NCBI RefSeq assembly: GCF_006345805.1
Contig: NC_043006.1
Location: 44,206,001-44,270,000 of the forward strand
Direction of reading: 5' to 3'
Source: Octopus sinensis
Lineage: Eukaryota
DNA length: 64,000 nucleotides
Shown: positions 1 to 12,869 of the stretch, in pieces
Position numbering within the stretch: the first letter of the stretch is position 1
Layout: each line of letters opens with the position of its first letter
Notes under the pieces: generated by a model
Told to the model about the DNA's origin: nothing
The model's input: the letters and a program-made list of their open reading frames with translations, nothing else
Databases searched by the model: none
Position numbers and translations under genes: made by a program

Positions 1-299
1 TAATTATTTCAAAAATGTTATCCTATTCAATCACTGAAAATTCTAGTTATTCTTAAAATGAATTGAAACACACAAACAACGTATTGTCGTTAGTTATCAT
101 CAAAAATAAAGAATTATTCTAAAATACTCAATGTGAAGTTACTCTCAAAGTCTCATCTATAAATACAACCAAAGGACAGTGAAAATTCTCTCTTTCTCTC
201 TCTCACTCACACTCACACACACACACACAATCTTTTTTTTTTCTTTTTTACTTGCTGAATCTTGAAGATAGCTTATCAGTGACTTCATACTCTTATGGG

Positions 300-520
300 A
301 TACAGGTTGAGCTATCTGCATGTGCAACAACACCATTTCAAACATGAGGGCACTACTACAATTGTGGGCCTCACATGAACTCTGTAGACTATCCAATAAT
401 TGTTGAGGGCTGAAGAGAACGACCCATCCCTGGAATATGGTGCTAGCGATGTTAAGGAATATGCTTTCATCAGGAGAGATCCTCTGTGATAGTGGGTGAG
501 ACCCAACAAGAAGTGATTGT
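300..520 (+). mobile_element. Very decayed RTE-type LINE ORF2 C-terminal remnant (tentative)
   Basis: Interrupted translation ...IIVEG*RERP...W.SDVKE resembles the RTE C-terminal 'EG.R.RGRP..W.D.VK' motif; stops and frameshifts present. Confidence 0.25.
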
Positions 521-1279
521 CAGGGATTCTAGTTGCATGCTCTAAGCCTAAAACTTCCACTGTAATAGTTGATTGGAAGAGAGATGCATATGGAGAACAA
601 GTATCACTGCAAATGGAAGATTGTCCACAAATTCACAGAAACAGAGGAAAGATAGGACACAGCATTATATGTGAACTACTACTGACTGAACAAAAACACT
701 GTGTTCAGAAGTAATTTGACATCAAACATCATAAAATACACTAATGCTTTATAGTAACTCTTCCCTGTCCATATTTCTGGTGAAATACACTGCTTGCCTA
801 TGTGTCTCAATATTAGTTTTGTTTAATCCCTTGCCTGCCATGAGCCTCATTTGGGGATCTGCTAAAAACAGTCTCACTGCCAGTTGTTCGTTGTATTTAA
901 AGTGAATTGCTTATGTACATTGCATCTGCATAGGTGTGTTTAACAATATTTAGTAGTTAAAGTTTGTCATTATCAGCTCTGGCTAATTCTAGAGGACATT
1001 TTATGTCATAAATCGCAATTTTTGAAAACTACAAAAATATTGACTATTTTGAAAACTTTTTTCTTTTTCTTTTTTGCATTTCCCATCTATATCATTCATT
1101 AATATTTCATACACATTTGCATTTGATATTATAGTTTCAAAAAGACTAAAATGTTTATTACTGCAATTAAATAGAAAAGGATAAATATGCTTTTTTTCAG
1201 CAATCCCCATTTGGAATTTTTGAAAAATTTATCATAATTTCCAAAATAATTCACATATGAAGAAAATTTAAATACTATA

Positions 1280-1490
1280 AATTCTTTTCTACTCTAGGCA
1301 CAAGGCCAGAAATTTTGGGGAAGGGGGCCAGTCAATTAGATCGACTACAGTATGTAACTGGTACTCAATTTATCGACCCCGAAAAGATAAAAGGCAAAGT
1401 CAACCTCAGCAGAATTTGAACTCAGAACGTAAAGACAGATGAAATACCACTAAGCATTTCGCCCGGCATGCTAATGTTTCTGCCAGCCTG
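1280..1490 (-). mobile_element. tRNA-headed SINE, family A
   Basis: Reverse complement gives an A-box/B-box head (ggcagaaacattagc...gagttcaaattc) and the body shared by about 15 copies in the window. Confidence 0.85.
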
Positions 1491-1679
1491 CTGAATTTTA
1501 AATACTATATATCATTTTAACTCCTAACACACCTGGCCAAAGCCAAAAAATATGAATAAAAAAACTTGGGAGTTAATGGGTTAGCATTTAGTTGTTTTGT
1601 TTCTGTGTTTTGTTTTGTTTTTTTTATATACCTACTAGAATTGGGATAGATAGGACACAAGTATATTTGTGTCCAGTGT

Positions 1680-2190
1680 GTGTGTGTGTGACTATGTGAG
1701 TTCATTATATACTTGCATGTGCATACAAAGTGTCAGACCCTGCATATAAGCACATGTATGTCAATACACATATCTATGAGTATACACAAGGTTGTGTGTG
1801 TGTATGTGTGTGTGCAGTGAGAGTGTGTGTGTGTGCAGTGAGAGTGTGTATGACTATGTGAGTGCACTATATATCTGTGTGTGCATGCAGTGTCAGAACC
1901 GGCATATAACTGCATGTATGTGCATATGTATGTCTATGAGTATACACAAGGTTGTGTGTGTGTGTGTGCAGTGAGAGTGTGTGTGGTGTGTGCAGTGAGA
2001 GTGTGTGTGTGTGTGTGTGTGTGTGCAGTGAGAGAGTGTGTGTGTGTGCGTGTGTGTGTGAGTATGACTATGTGAGTGCACTGTATATCTGTGTGTGCAT
2101 GCAGTGTCAGAACTGGCATATAAGTGCATATGTGTACATATGCATCTCTCTGCATGTCTATGAGTATACATAAGGTTGTGTGTGTATGCA
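1680..2190. repeat. Three-copy minisatellite (about 105-bp core joined by (GT)n/gtgcagtgaga linkers)
   Basis: gactatgtgagt...gtgtcaga...tatgagtatacacaagg recurs at about 1690, 1850 and 2065. Confidence 0.9.
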
Positions 2191-2584
2191 TGCATGTGTT
2201 GTGTTGTAAAAACATGAATATTCACTAAAAAGAAAAGAAAAGCAATACCGCCCAAACCTAGACGTAAAATGAGCATAGATATGTATATCCGAATATTTAT
2301 AATTATCACTCAGAAGGGGACATCTCTATGTTGGATGTATTAATTTCGTTTTGGTAGTTATACTATTGTACGCAGAAAAAACATCTGAGTGATTGCCAGC
2401 TTCCCCATCTAAAATTTCAAAAGTGCTTTTTAACACACAAAACACTGTTCTCTTCCTTTTTAACTCAATTCTCAACAATCTATCGGGTGTTAATGATGCA
2501 GTAGAAATTACAGCAGAAAGCTTTCACACAGGTTCACCAAGTTTTCATTTTACAATGTTGGAATTGTAAGAGAAGGAACTGTAA

Positions 2585-2930
2585 AAATTGTAAATAAGAG
2601 CAGAGCTGGTGAGAGGAAGAATCGGTGGGAGATAAGAGAAGACATACTGAAAGAAGTGGGGATGAGGAGGAGGAGGAGGTCTGAGATATGAAAGAGATAG
2701 GTGAAAAATGATAACAGTGATGGGTAAAAGAGACTGAAAAAGAGTTGGGGGAGAGGTTGAATGTAGGAGAGTGATTAAAAGCAGGGAAGAGAGTGAAAGA
2801 GTGGCAGGGGTGGGGAGTAGGAGTAGGAGTAAAAGAAGAGGCCATGTGAGAGGGGTGGGGTTAGGAGTAGAGATAGTGAGAGAAGGGTTAAGAAGCAAAC
2901 AAGCAAATCAGTGAAGGGAGTGATGTCTCT
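2585..2930 (+). repeat. G/A-rich low-complexity tract
   Basis: Plus strand is purine-rich and nearly C-free; the ORFs over it are low-complexity artefacts. Confidence 0.75.
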
Positions 2931-3299
2931 ATCTTATATTTTAAAAGCAAACAAATGTTTTCAGAAATAAGTTTAAGAGAAATACTCTCATTAAATTTTG
3001 AGGAAAGAACTTTCATAATTCATAGAATAGAAGGAACTGTAAAACATAATTTTGATATTGCACCTAACCTTGTGGTTTGTTTGTTTAAGTTTGGTAAGCT
3101 TCAATTCTGTGTTTAGCAAAAATGAATTTACATTTTTCAATAAAATGTTTTTGAAACAAAGTTTATGCATTTAATGAGTCTCTATACAGTCGCTCAACCT
3201 GCTAGAAATAGCAACTGAATCTCCTTCAAATTACATCCTACTTATTTTGTTTTTATTTTTATTTAACTACTATTTTTTAACTGGGGTAAAACACAGAAA

Positions 3300-3531
3300 T
3301 TGCGGGCTCACATTTTGACAATTTTTATAACAAGTGTATTTCATATACAAATACTATATTTGATGGCAATTTTTCCTTTAAAAAATGTCTCCAAAAATTC
3401 GCCCCCAGATTGTATATGCAATGTTGGGCATTTCATTAGCTTTAATGCAATAATAACTTTTGTATTCTAAATATGCACTGCTTAAATTAGGGAGCATTTA
3501 ATATACCCATGCATCTTTTATGCCTTCAAAT
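3300..3531. mobile_element. Tc1/mariner-type MITE-like repeat, right end truncated
   Basis: Clearly homologous to 6310-6544; TIR-like ctatatttgatggca at 3354 and gcatcttttatgcc near 3511. Confidence 0.55.
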
Positions 3532-3924
3532 TCTTCAAAGTGGTGCCCCAGCATGGTTACAATTTAATGACTGAAACAAGTAAAAGTTATTTTTTTTGTT
3601 TGTTTGGGGTTTTTTTTTTTGGGGGGGGGCTGCATCATTAAGTCAGAATAAGAAAAGTAGCAGGAAAAATTTATTCTCAAACTGAAAACTTGGCCATAGA
3701 TCTTACTCCACTAGTGGCACCCATGAAGCAGACAGGGAGTGGAGGGGTTAAATCAGACAAAGAGTCCTTTTTCATATACAAAAAGGTCTTTTTCTCCCTC
3801 TATCCCTCTCTCCAGAGAATTCAATTATCAAGGTCAATTTACGCAACAAAACTTCAAATTTTTGACACTCCAAAGATGCATTAATCACCTACAAGAACTA
3901 ATACAATGTAGACACTACATAACT

Positions 3925-4110
3925 GCATAGCCTTCCAGAAATAACAGCCAAATTTCCCTTCAAACCACTTCTTACTGTCTTTAAAGAAAAACAAAAAGAC
4001 ACTGAATAAAGAACTCTAGATGGATTATATGCAAAAGAAATTACATAGGATGGTCATGTTTGGAACATACTGATCAAAATTTACTTGTGCCTGAATAACA
4101 TCTACAACTA
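3925..4110 (+). mobile_element. Degenerate copy of a (CAA)n-tailed interspersed repeat
   Basis: Similar to 16765-16960 and 3188-3245 (gaaatagcagccaaat...ggatggtca...gatca...taaataaca). Confidence 0.45.
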
Positions 4111-4413
4111 AGATACTATTTTAGTCAAGCCAACCTTTTCAGTAGCTAAGTTCTGCTATATCTCATGGTATTTATATCAGTTAACCAAACAGCATCACTT
4201 CTTTTGATTTAAAGATTTGACTAGAGGCGGTTTTCACAATATCAATTGCTTTAAATTGATGCTATCAAGTCTAGATTTGCCAGGAAGACGTATAAGAAGA
4301 GCAAACACAATAAATGTTATTTTTAAATCATGTCTTCAATGGGTTAAGATATAGTGGCCATCTGCTGGTATTTATTGATGCTGTTAATTCCGTGCTTAAC
4401 AACTATGGCTTTA

Positions 4414-4597
4414 GATGCAAACATGGCTGTCAGGTGAAGAAATTCACTTAGCAACTACATGGTTCCAGGTTCAGTCCCTTCCTGTGGTACTTTGGAAAAG
4501 TGTCTTCTACTGCAGCTCCAGATCATCCAGTGTCTTATGAGTTAATCTGGTAGACAGAAACTATGTGGAAGCCCAGTGTGTGTGTGTGTATGTGTGT

Positions 4598-4642
<45 letters not shown>

Positions 4643-4826
4643 ACCTACTAATTGACAAGTGTTGTTAGTTTGCTTACTTCATCCTCATAATTTAGCAGTT
4701 TGGCAAAAGAATCTGACAAAATAAGCACTGATTTTCAAAATAAGTATTGGATCAATTTGTTTGACTAAAACCTTTCAAGATGGCATCCCAGCATGGCCAC
4801 AGTCAAATGACTAAAATAAGTAAAAA
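4414..4826 (+). mobile_element. tRNA-headed SINE, family B (internal (GT)n)
   Basis: Head atggctgt..ggttcagtccc, core ttggaaaagtgtcttctact, tail ccagcatggccacagtcaaatgactaaaataagtaaaa. Confidence 0.85.
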
Positions 4827-4943
4827 TTGAAAAGTTGAAAAAAAAGTAAGCAGACAATTAATACTTCAGTCTATAAGAGTCACGTTTAAGTGGTATATTA
4901 TTTACTCCTATACTAAAGTCATTTTTTGGAGGGTTGCCTTTAA

Positions 4944-5146
4944 CTCTATACCATTTAAACAGGTCAAGTCCAGCCAAAATATTCTACCTGTTTTATGTTC
5001 AAACCAACCAGTTCTCTCACCCCAACCTTGCAATGTCGTTCTAAGCATATACATGCACATCATTAAAATCTCAAAGGCATAGCATAATGCCCAATTAATT
5101 CAAAACAATGCCAATAAATAAGAATTATAATACAATTTAATGTGAA
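4944..5146. mobile_element. TTAA/piggyBac-type MITE family 2, interrupted by a SINE
   Basis: ttaactctataccatttaaac start; body matches 28766-28984. Confidence 0.65.
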
Positions 5147-5156
5147 TTAATGTGAA

Positions 5157-5493
5157 GGTGTATGGCTCAGTGGTTAAAGCATCGAGCTTACAATCATGAG
5201 GTAGTGAGTTCGATTCCTGGACCAAGCTGTGTGTTGTGTTCTTGAGCAAGACACTTTATTTCATGTTGCTCCAGTTCACTCAGCTGTAGAATGTGTTGCA
5301 ACATCACTGGTGCCAAGTTTTATTGGTCTTTGCCTTTCCCTTGGATAACATCGGTGGCATGGAAAGGGGTGGCTGGTATGTATGGGCGACTGTTGGTCTT
5401 CCATAAAACAACCTTGCCTGGATTTGTGCCTTGGAGGGGAACTTTCTAAGTTCAATCCCATTTTCTAGGTGCATAACTGAAGGGGGTCTTTAC
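5157..5493 (+). mobile_element. tRNA-headed SINE, family D, with 10-bp TSD
   Basis: A box tggctcagtgg, B box gagttcgattcc, core gtgttcttgagcaagacactttatttc; ttaatgtgaa at both 5147-5156 and 5494-5503. Confidence 0.85.
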
Positions 5494-6358
5494 TTAATGT
5501 GAATGCTAAACTTCTTGTTGCATACAAAATTCCAAATACTATTGGCTAATTTGGAAATTACTACAAATGAGCTATAATATTTGGCATTTTTATTTATTTA
5601 TACATTTTGTCACACAATATTCTCATTATGTACTGTTTCCTCATTTGGCATATCCGATTAGCAAGAGAAAGAGTAGTGACTACCATTATAGTCACACTGC
5701 TTACACTCACATTTTTTTCATGTTTCCCTGCTTATAGTCATGCTCCACTTAGAGCAAGAGTTCCTGAAATCTCTCTTTCTCTCTTACCTCCGCCCCCTCT
5801 CGTGAAGGTAAGGTCTTTATATCTATTTTCCTTGATAGCATTAAAGGAGCGATAGGGTTTGAAAATGTATACATTATATAAACAACATTATATAATGTAT
5901 ACATTCTATAAACATTATATGTATACACTATATAAACACTCTTTCTACTTACTACACATCACTCATCAATGAAGAATAGCAGGCTGAAACAAATATAACA
6001 ATATACCTTGCCAAGGTACATAACAAAATGGCTAGAATTGTCTTGAATCTATCATGTCATTCAATGATGGTCAATTCTTTAACAAAACACATCCATTTGC
6101 ACCAATTAGTTTAAATTACTAACTGAGGCAGGTAAGAATTACACACCCATCCTTTAGTTAAACCTTTGGAGATAAAATCTATTGATGCTTCTCAACTAAA
6201 GAAGATAGAACCATTTTTATGACATATAAAAAGAATAAGGGTGTTATTATTACAAAAAAAAATTGCGCTAAAAATTTATAAATACCAACAGCTGTGCTTT
6301 CTTTCAAACAGACATGGTGGGCTGACATTTTGGCACAAGTGTATTTCATGTTCAAGTA

Positions 6359-6542
6359 CTATATTTGATGGCATTATAAAATGCAATCTTTTTAAAAAGT
6401 GTCTCAAAAAATCACCCCAGATTATATGCAAAGTTGGACTTCCCAAAGCTTTAATAACTAAAAACTTTGTTTTCTAAATAAGTACTGTTTAAATTAGGGA
6501 GTATCTAATAGGCCTATACATCTTTTATGCCATCAAATACAG
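6359..6542. mobile_element. Tc1/mariner-type MITE-like repeat
   Basis: Inverted ends ctatatttgatggcat / atgccatcaaatacag flanked by TA on both sides; another right end lies at about 26070-26118. Confidence 0.65.
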
Positions 6543-6609
6543 TATATTATCATTATATCTATTGCCTACAATGCCAGTCATTTTAAGGACCATTCTTAAG
6601 TATCTTTTA

Positions 6610-7240
6610 TCTTTAACTTGTATCAGTCATTGCACCGTGGCCATGTTGGGGCACAGCCTTGAACTGTTATTTTTAAGTCTGGCACTTATTCTTACAGTCT
6701 CTTTTGCTGAACTACTAGGTTATGAGGATGTAAACAAACCAACACTGATTATCAAGCAGTGGGGGAACAAACACACACAGAGATATATACTAATATATAC
6801 ACACACGTGTGTGCGTGTGTGTATGATGATGATGATGATATATATTTATTTATATGACCGAGACCTTTGGTGATTTGCATGCCAGTGTCACGTAACTGGC
6901 ACCCATGCTGGTAGCACATAAAAAGCACCCATTACACTCTTGGATTGGTTGGCATTAGGAAAGGCATCCAGCCATAGAAACCCTGGCAAATCAAACTGGA
7001 ACTTGGTGCAGCTTTCTGGTTTACCAGTTCCAGTCAAACCATCTAACCCATGCCAGCATGGAAAGCGGACACTAAATCATGGGGTTTCCACAGTTTCCAT
7101 CAACCAAACTCGCTCAAAAGACATTGGGCAACTTGGGGTTATAGTAGAAGACACTTGCCCAACATACCACACAGTGGAACTGAACCCAAAACTGCATGAT
7201 TACAAAGTGAGCTTCTTAACCACATAGCCATGCCTACACC
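6610..7240 (-). mobile_element. SINE family B, split by an RTE-tail insertion
   Basis: Tail at 6610-6850 and head at 7080-7240 (gacacttgcccaa..., accacatagccatgcc). Confidence 0.75.
6855..7080 (+). mobile_element. RTE-LINE 3'-tail fragment (family C)
   Basis: aaaaagcaccc...ggttggcattaggaaaggcatccagcc...cccatgccagcatggaaagcggacactaaa; matches the 3' UTR of the LINE at 50.8 kb. Confidence 0.8.
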
Positions 7241-10061
7241 AGAATAACATGTTATTGTGTGCGATAACAACATCCAATTCTATCCATTCCATCAGGAATG
7301 GTTAACTTTTGTGCTAATTCTAGAGGCATTATCCAAATCGTGTAAAATGTGATAAAAGAGGATTCTTTTGACTTGTGTGAATAAAAGATTTTTAAAAAAC
7401 TAATATTAAAATGGTTATAACAAGAGACATAGCAATGCAATATTTATTTCCTTTCCTAGTTATATTCTGTGGTAAATTTAATCAAATACAGAATAATTCA
7501 TTTGAAAAGACAATGAAGAATATGATAGAAAAAAAAATTTATTTACAACAACAAACTAGCCAAGAAGATCTCCCCACCACCCCAATCCTTCCTTTCAAAA
7601 AAAAAAAGAAAAAACTAATAGTCTTTCAATTAAAATAAGCACAAAGAAAGAAGGAAATTGCAGACGACAACCATTATCTCAAATATTGAATTGGAAGAAT
7701 TAGAACAATGAATATATAAGAACCGTGCACAAAATTACTGCAACCCAGGTCATATTATTATTATTATTATTATTGTTGTTGTTGTTATCTTAATATTTAT
7801 TTATTTTTTAGAATTAACTCGACATTGGTTCTGAATTCCAATTTTCAATTAGACAATAAATAGCAGCGTAAGAGAAGTAAATATCAATGTAAAAGATAGT
7901 TAAATAAACAAAAATAATGAAATTTAAAAAAAAAAATTAAATTAAATTACAAAAAAAAAAAATATCCGTTATTGTTTATCACAAAGAGAAACAGAGTGAA
8001 TAAGAAACCATCCAGAAGGTATTACATAATGTACAATAGTAACAGTACTTCAACTAAAATATTGGTTATGAATAATAAATAATCATGAAACTAAACTGTA
8101 TTATCAAGGAAATGAAGACATATGCCTATATTTGGCCATGTTTTGTTGTTGCTTTTAAATAGTTTCCTTGAATAATTCATAGCGTTGTTAATCTACAATG
8201 GTGATACAATGAACATAAATAGTTCTCTTCACTGGTTCCAATAAGGAGAAAATTGCTTTTGACTGTTGAGTATCATGAGACATCTGTACTTAGACTTAGA
8301 AGTATTGGTTCGAGTAAGCAGCATCTCAGTAATTAATACAGCATATGTTGCAGCTAATTTTGTAAGCAGCATTCTGGTAGAGAATACTGGTTTTCTTTTT
8401 CAGTAAGAATCATATATAAAATTCAAAGAGATATTTTCATATTTGATGCGTAAGTTCCAAACGATATTTCTAAAACACACCTCATTAACCTACGTAGTAG
8501 CACAGTGCAACATACTGATGAACCAGTCAGAGTATTCAATACAGGCTGAATACAAATTGCTGATTTGCTTATTCCAATTGTATGTGAAGCTTACACTTGT
8601 TATACAGAAAATAGGGAGCCTTTGTCTGATACAGTAAAGTGCAAACAATGCTTGCAGAGCAAAGAAAACAAATTCAATAATCGTGTATGTGGCATGTGTG
8701 AGGTGCGAGGAGGGGCATGCATGAGCGTGTGCGTGACGTGTGGTTGTGTGCATGTACATGTGAGTGTGTGTATCTGTCTGTCTGCTTGTGTCTTTCAGGT
8801 TTCATTTCCTCTCACTTGTCATATATAATGAATCTCGTTGAACAATTACTATAAAATATGTTACAGAATCAATCAGTGAGCAACAGTCATACTAAAAATA
8901 TTTCATAAATAAAAGTTCAGAACATAAAATAAAATAAAATAAAAATTACATATTACAGTATAAACTGCTCTCGTTATTATCTCATTAGTTTCATTACTAG
9001 ACCAAATTTGTTGTCTATGACTTCATCCCATCTACTGCAACCAACACCCTCTTTGATCTTAACATTACCATTATTTACGATATGAACTTCAATTCACATC
9101 TACTGTATAGTATCATTCTACCAAAGTGTTGACTCTTGTAAACATCACTTGAGTTTTCTTTTCTCTCTTTTTTTTTTTTGCTGTTTCTTTTTTTTTTGTT
9201 GCCATCATCAAAAGACTTTCATTTTTGCTTATTTTGAATAAAAACTATACAGTAATTGTGCCAACTTAATTCATTCACATCACATTATACCACATAACTT
9301 CATGATTACCAAAAGAAGTTCAAAGAACAAAGAATAACTAAACAAATTGACAACTACAAATAAAAAAAAAAAGAAGGAAAAAGAAAACTAAAAGAGATCT
9401 CGTTTCATTAAAAATAGTATCAAAAGAAAATATTATTAAGGAACATTTCTGGATATACAAAGAGCGAGGAAAGAATATCTGAAGAGCATTTAAGTTTAAT
9501 GAGGCGAAGACCATTTACTGAGCTTTGACATAGACACCTACTAAAATAGGTGACTTATGTCAATTCACACTTTTCCACTTAGAAAGGGAATTTTTTTTAA
9601 ATGGTGTTTTTAGACAAAAAGAAATGTGAAATAATTTTGAGATGTAGTTACTTAAGTGCATGTATAAAATATTTTGGAAAAAAATGTTCAAATAACAACC
9701 TATTTTAGAACTTTCACTTCATGTGGAAGAGTAAAAAGCTTACACTGATAAAATGAAAAACAAAAATCAGGTTCAAAGTATGTTTGCAAATTTTTCATTC
9801 GTTATAGGTGTTCCATTTTAGGTTTTTTTGTTGTTGTTGTTTTTTTTTTATGCATTTGAATATTCTGCTGAACTTTGTCAGGTTAAAAAGAATTGACACT
9901 AAAATCTACCTTTAAGATTTTCCATTACCTCAGGAAAATACCTAAGCGTTTCTCAGTGTTTCCTTTTCATAACATTGTGCAACCTTTAATATTCGGAAGA
10001 AAGTTTGTAAAAGAATTTTTACATCTCAACTTATTAAGGTTATCATTTGGATGTGCTAAAG

Positions 10062-10238
10062 CAGCACTTCTTAAACTATGGGTCACGAAGTGAAATGCTG
10101 GGGGTCATGAAAATTGAATTCAAACACTTGAATTTCAGTTTATATGTTATTTCACAAACACATATTTAATACCTGGGATCATAAAAAATCTCATGATGAA
10201 AAATGGGGTCATGAATGAAAAAAGTTTAAGAAGTGCTG
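10062..10238. mobile_element. hAT-type MITE
   Basis: Perfect 16-bp TIR cagcacttcttaaact / agtttaagaagtgctg; 8-bp TSD tgctaaag / ggctaaag (7/8). Confidence 0.9.
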
Positions 10239-10769
10239 GGCTAAAGCAACAGGCAAATTAACCTAAACCTATACTGTTGTTTTTTTTTTCTTTCCTCGCT
10301 TCAGAACAAAAAGGATGTACCTTTGCCTTCAAACTATTTTAACAGATGTACAATAATTTCCAAAATTTTAAGTTTCCACTTGTCAAGTTATCATGTTTCC
10401 TCTTTTATGTTTCTATAAAAATAAAACTCAAAATTTAATTTCAACCTCAAAACTACACATGTAAACATTTAGCTAAAATGTTGAACTAGAAACTGGAAGG
10501 TCTGAATCTTGTCATCAACATCTCTATCTTCTTTCCACAAGGTAGCCTTACATCTCCTCAATAGCAAGACACCTGGGCTTGTCTTTCCATTACACTTTAG
10601 CATAGAACATCACTGCCTCCTCCCCTTCTCAAATAGTCCCTGCCCATTTAGTCAAAGAAGCTTTTTTCCCCTTTTTCCTTTTGCCCCTTTTTTCTTTTCT
10701 CCCTTTTTCCTTTTTCCTGTTCTTTTCTTATCTTGCAAGTTACTTGGTAACCTCATTAATGCTAGTTGT

Positions 10770-10907
10770 ACGAAAAAAAAAGCATCCAGTACACTATATA
10801 AAGTGGGTGGCATTTGAAAGGGTATCCAGTCATAGAAACCATGCCAAAACTGTCAAACCATCCAACCTATGCCAGCATGGAAAACAGACATTAAATGATG
10901 ATGATAT
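10770..10907 (+). mobile_element. RTE 3'-tail fragment (family C)
   Basis: gggtatccagtcatagaaacc...gccagcatggaaaacagacattaaatgatgatgat. Confidence 0.7.
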
Positions 10908-12676
10908 TACACTGCCATATTTGGATTGTCAAGACTAAAAGGGGGTTTCTACTCAAATTTTTTCAGAATCCTTACACCAACACAAACATGGAATTCATAG
11001 AAATGTACAATCCCAACAAGTTGGTCTAGAAGCCTATTTATCTGCATCAGAAATCTCTCCCTCTCTCTCTCTCTCAAGAATAAAAGCCACTAGTGTTCAG
11101 AGCATAAAAGTATAAAATTATTGATAACATGTTGTAGTCATGAGTCACATTTTGTTTTTGTGGGGGGGGGGCACTAATAAGGGAGAACACTTTAGTCAAA
11201 AGACAGTTGTTTGATAAAAAAAAAAAAAAAAAAAAACAATGCACTGGAAAGAACAAAATAAAACAAACAATCCAAGGGGCTGGCATTATTTAATAAGTAA
11301 AAACAACCCCATTAAATAAAACTACAAACTTAACGTATTCGATAATTCTTTCACAAGCAAATTACAACCATTTCCTAAGTTAAGTGAAAACAGACAGCAG
11401 GACAATAATTTTGGGGCTAATCAATCACAAACGTGTTGCGCACGTGTTTTCATTTTCTTGGCATTGGTTCGGCTGCAAGGTATATAAAGTACTTTGTCCA
11501 AGAGAATGTAATGCCTGCAGCAACACATGACTTTCATGACCCGTGAAACAAAAACAGGATAATCGTTTAGTCATTATGCATGCAACTGTAAATGTGAAAA
11601 CGACAAACAGAGTGGGAAGGAAGCGACAGTAGACGATTAACATTTACTTAATTCAGGGCTTTATGTCTCTAAGCTAAAATACTGCTAGAGTCAACATTGC
11701 TTTCCATCCACTCTAGTTGACAAAATAGCTGCAGTAAAGTAAAATAAAAAAATATTCATATAAATTGCTTTTTTACTTCATTTTTTTTTTTGCAGTTTTC
11801 CCTTTTTTGTTTGTTTTTTGTTGGGGTTTTTTCAGGGGTTTTTTGGCTTTTGGGGGTTTTTTGTTTTGTTTTTTGTTGTTGCATTTGTTTTGTTTTCTTT
11901 TTCTATTTTTTTGCTATCCTCCCCCATTCTTTGGATTTAAACTTTAAAAATATCCCATTTTACAAGATTGCTAAAACCGATTTACTTCTTAATAATTTGT
12001 AAATAAATTTTTCCTTGAATTTTCAAAAATAAAGAGACAAACCATTAGAATGTGCAGGTGATGACTCACATACCTGGAGTTTTTCACAGTAATTTCTGGA
12101 ATGCACAAATGAACAGCTAAATCTAGTCAAAACAGACTAACAGAACATCACCTGCAAACTAACAGAGACAACTTTCATGTCTCCAAGCTGCACCCATTAT
12201 GCAATCTGCTAATAATGTGACACAGCATGTAGTACATAATAAAATTAATGAGATTCAGTTTGACTTAGTTCCAAGAACAAGATATATATTTTATACTTCT
12301 TGTGATAGGCTGTGGTGACAAACCACAATTTATTATGCAGTAGTCACATTTTCTAAGTTGTTGTTGCTGCTACTGCTGGTGATGATGTCTGTGGGAAACT
12401 AAGTCAGATCCATTCATGTAGATCTATGTATGAAGTTGGTTGACTAGTTATGGTTAATGTGACTATGCTAAGGGAATGTTCACCAAAACTTTAGATCTAC
12501 AAAACGTGTTGTCCCGAAGTACTTCACTGGATGATTTCACTGTTATGTTGAGCAGATCAGTACTTGTTACATTTTGTGTTTTTTTATCATTAGTAGTGAC
12601 GGTCTTGAAATATAATCAAAATTCTTCATTGTAACATGTTGATTGCCTATGAAAAGGTATTAGGCAGGATGAGGAT

Positions 12677-12869
12677 CAGTGATTCTCAAACGTTTTAATA
12701 TCCAGACTAGACCCAAAACCTGGATCTTTTTAGTGGATTATCTAAAAAAAAGTAAAAAACAAATCAATTTATGTAGAATTATTATATTTATAAAGGGAAG
12801 ATCACCAAGGGCCACCGGAAGGATGCTTGAGGGTCGCATGGCCCCTGAGAGCCATAGTTGAAACCACTG
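12677..12869. mobile_element. hAT-type MITE (degenerate)
   Basis: cagtgattctcaaac ... gttgaaaccactg inverted ends; TSD poorly preserved. Confidence 0.55.

Noticed and set aside
1733-2309. His/Thr-rich and Cys/Val-rich ORFs of 60-138 aa
   Set aside because: They are translations of (CA)/(GT) repeats in the minisatellite.
5157-5230. tRNA-like sequence (A box, TAC-like anticodon loop, B box); similar heads at 25572, 26760-26837 and 56623
   Set aside because: Each continues into a SINE body, lacks a paired acceptor stem and occurs in many diverged copies; these are SINE heads, not tRNA genes.
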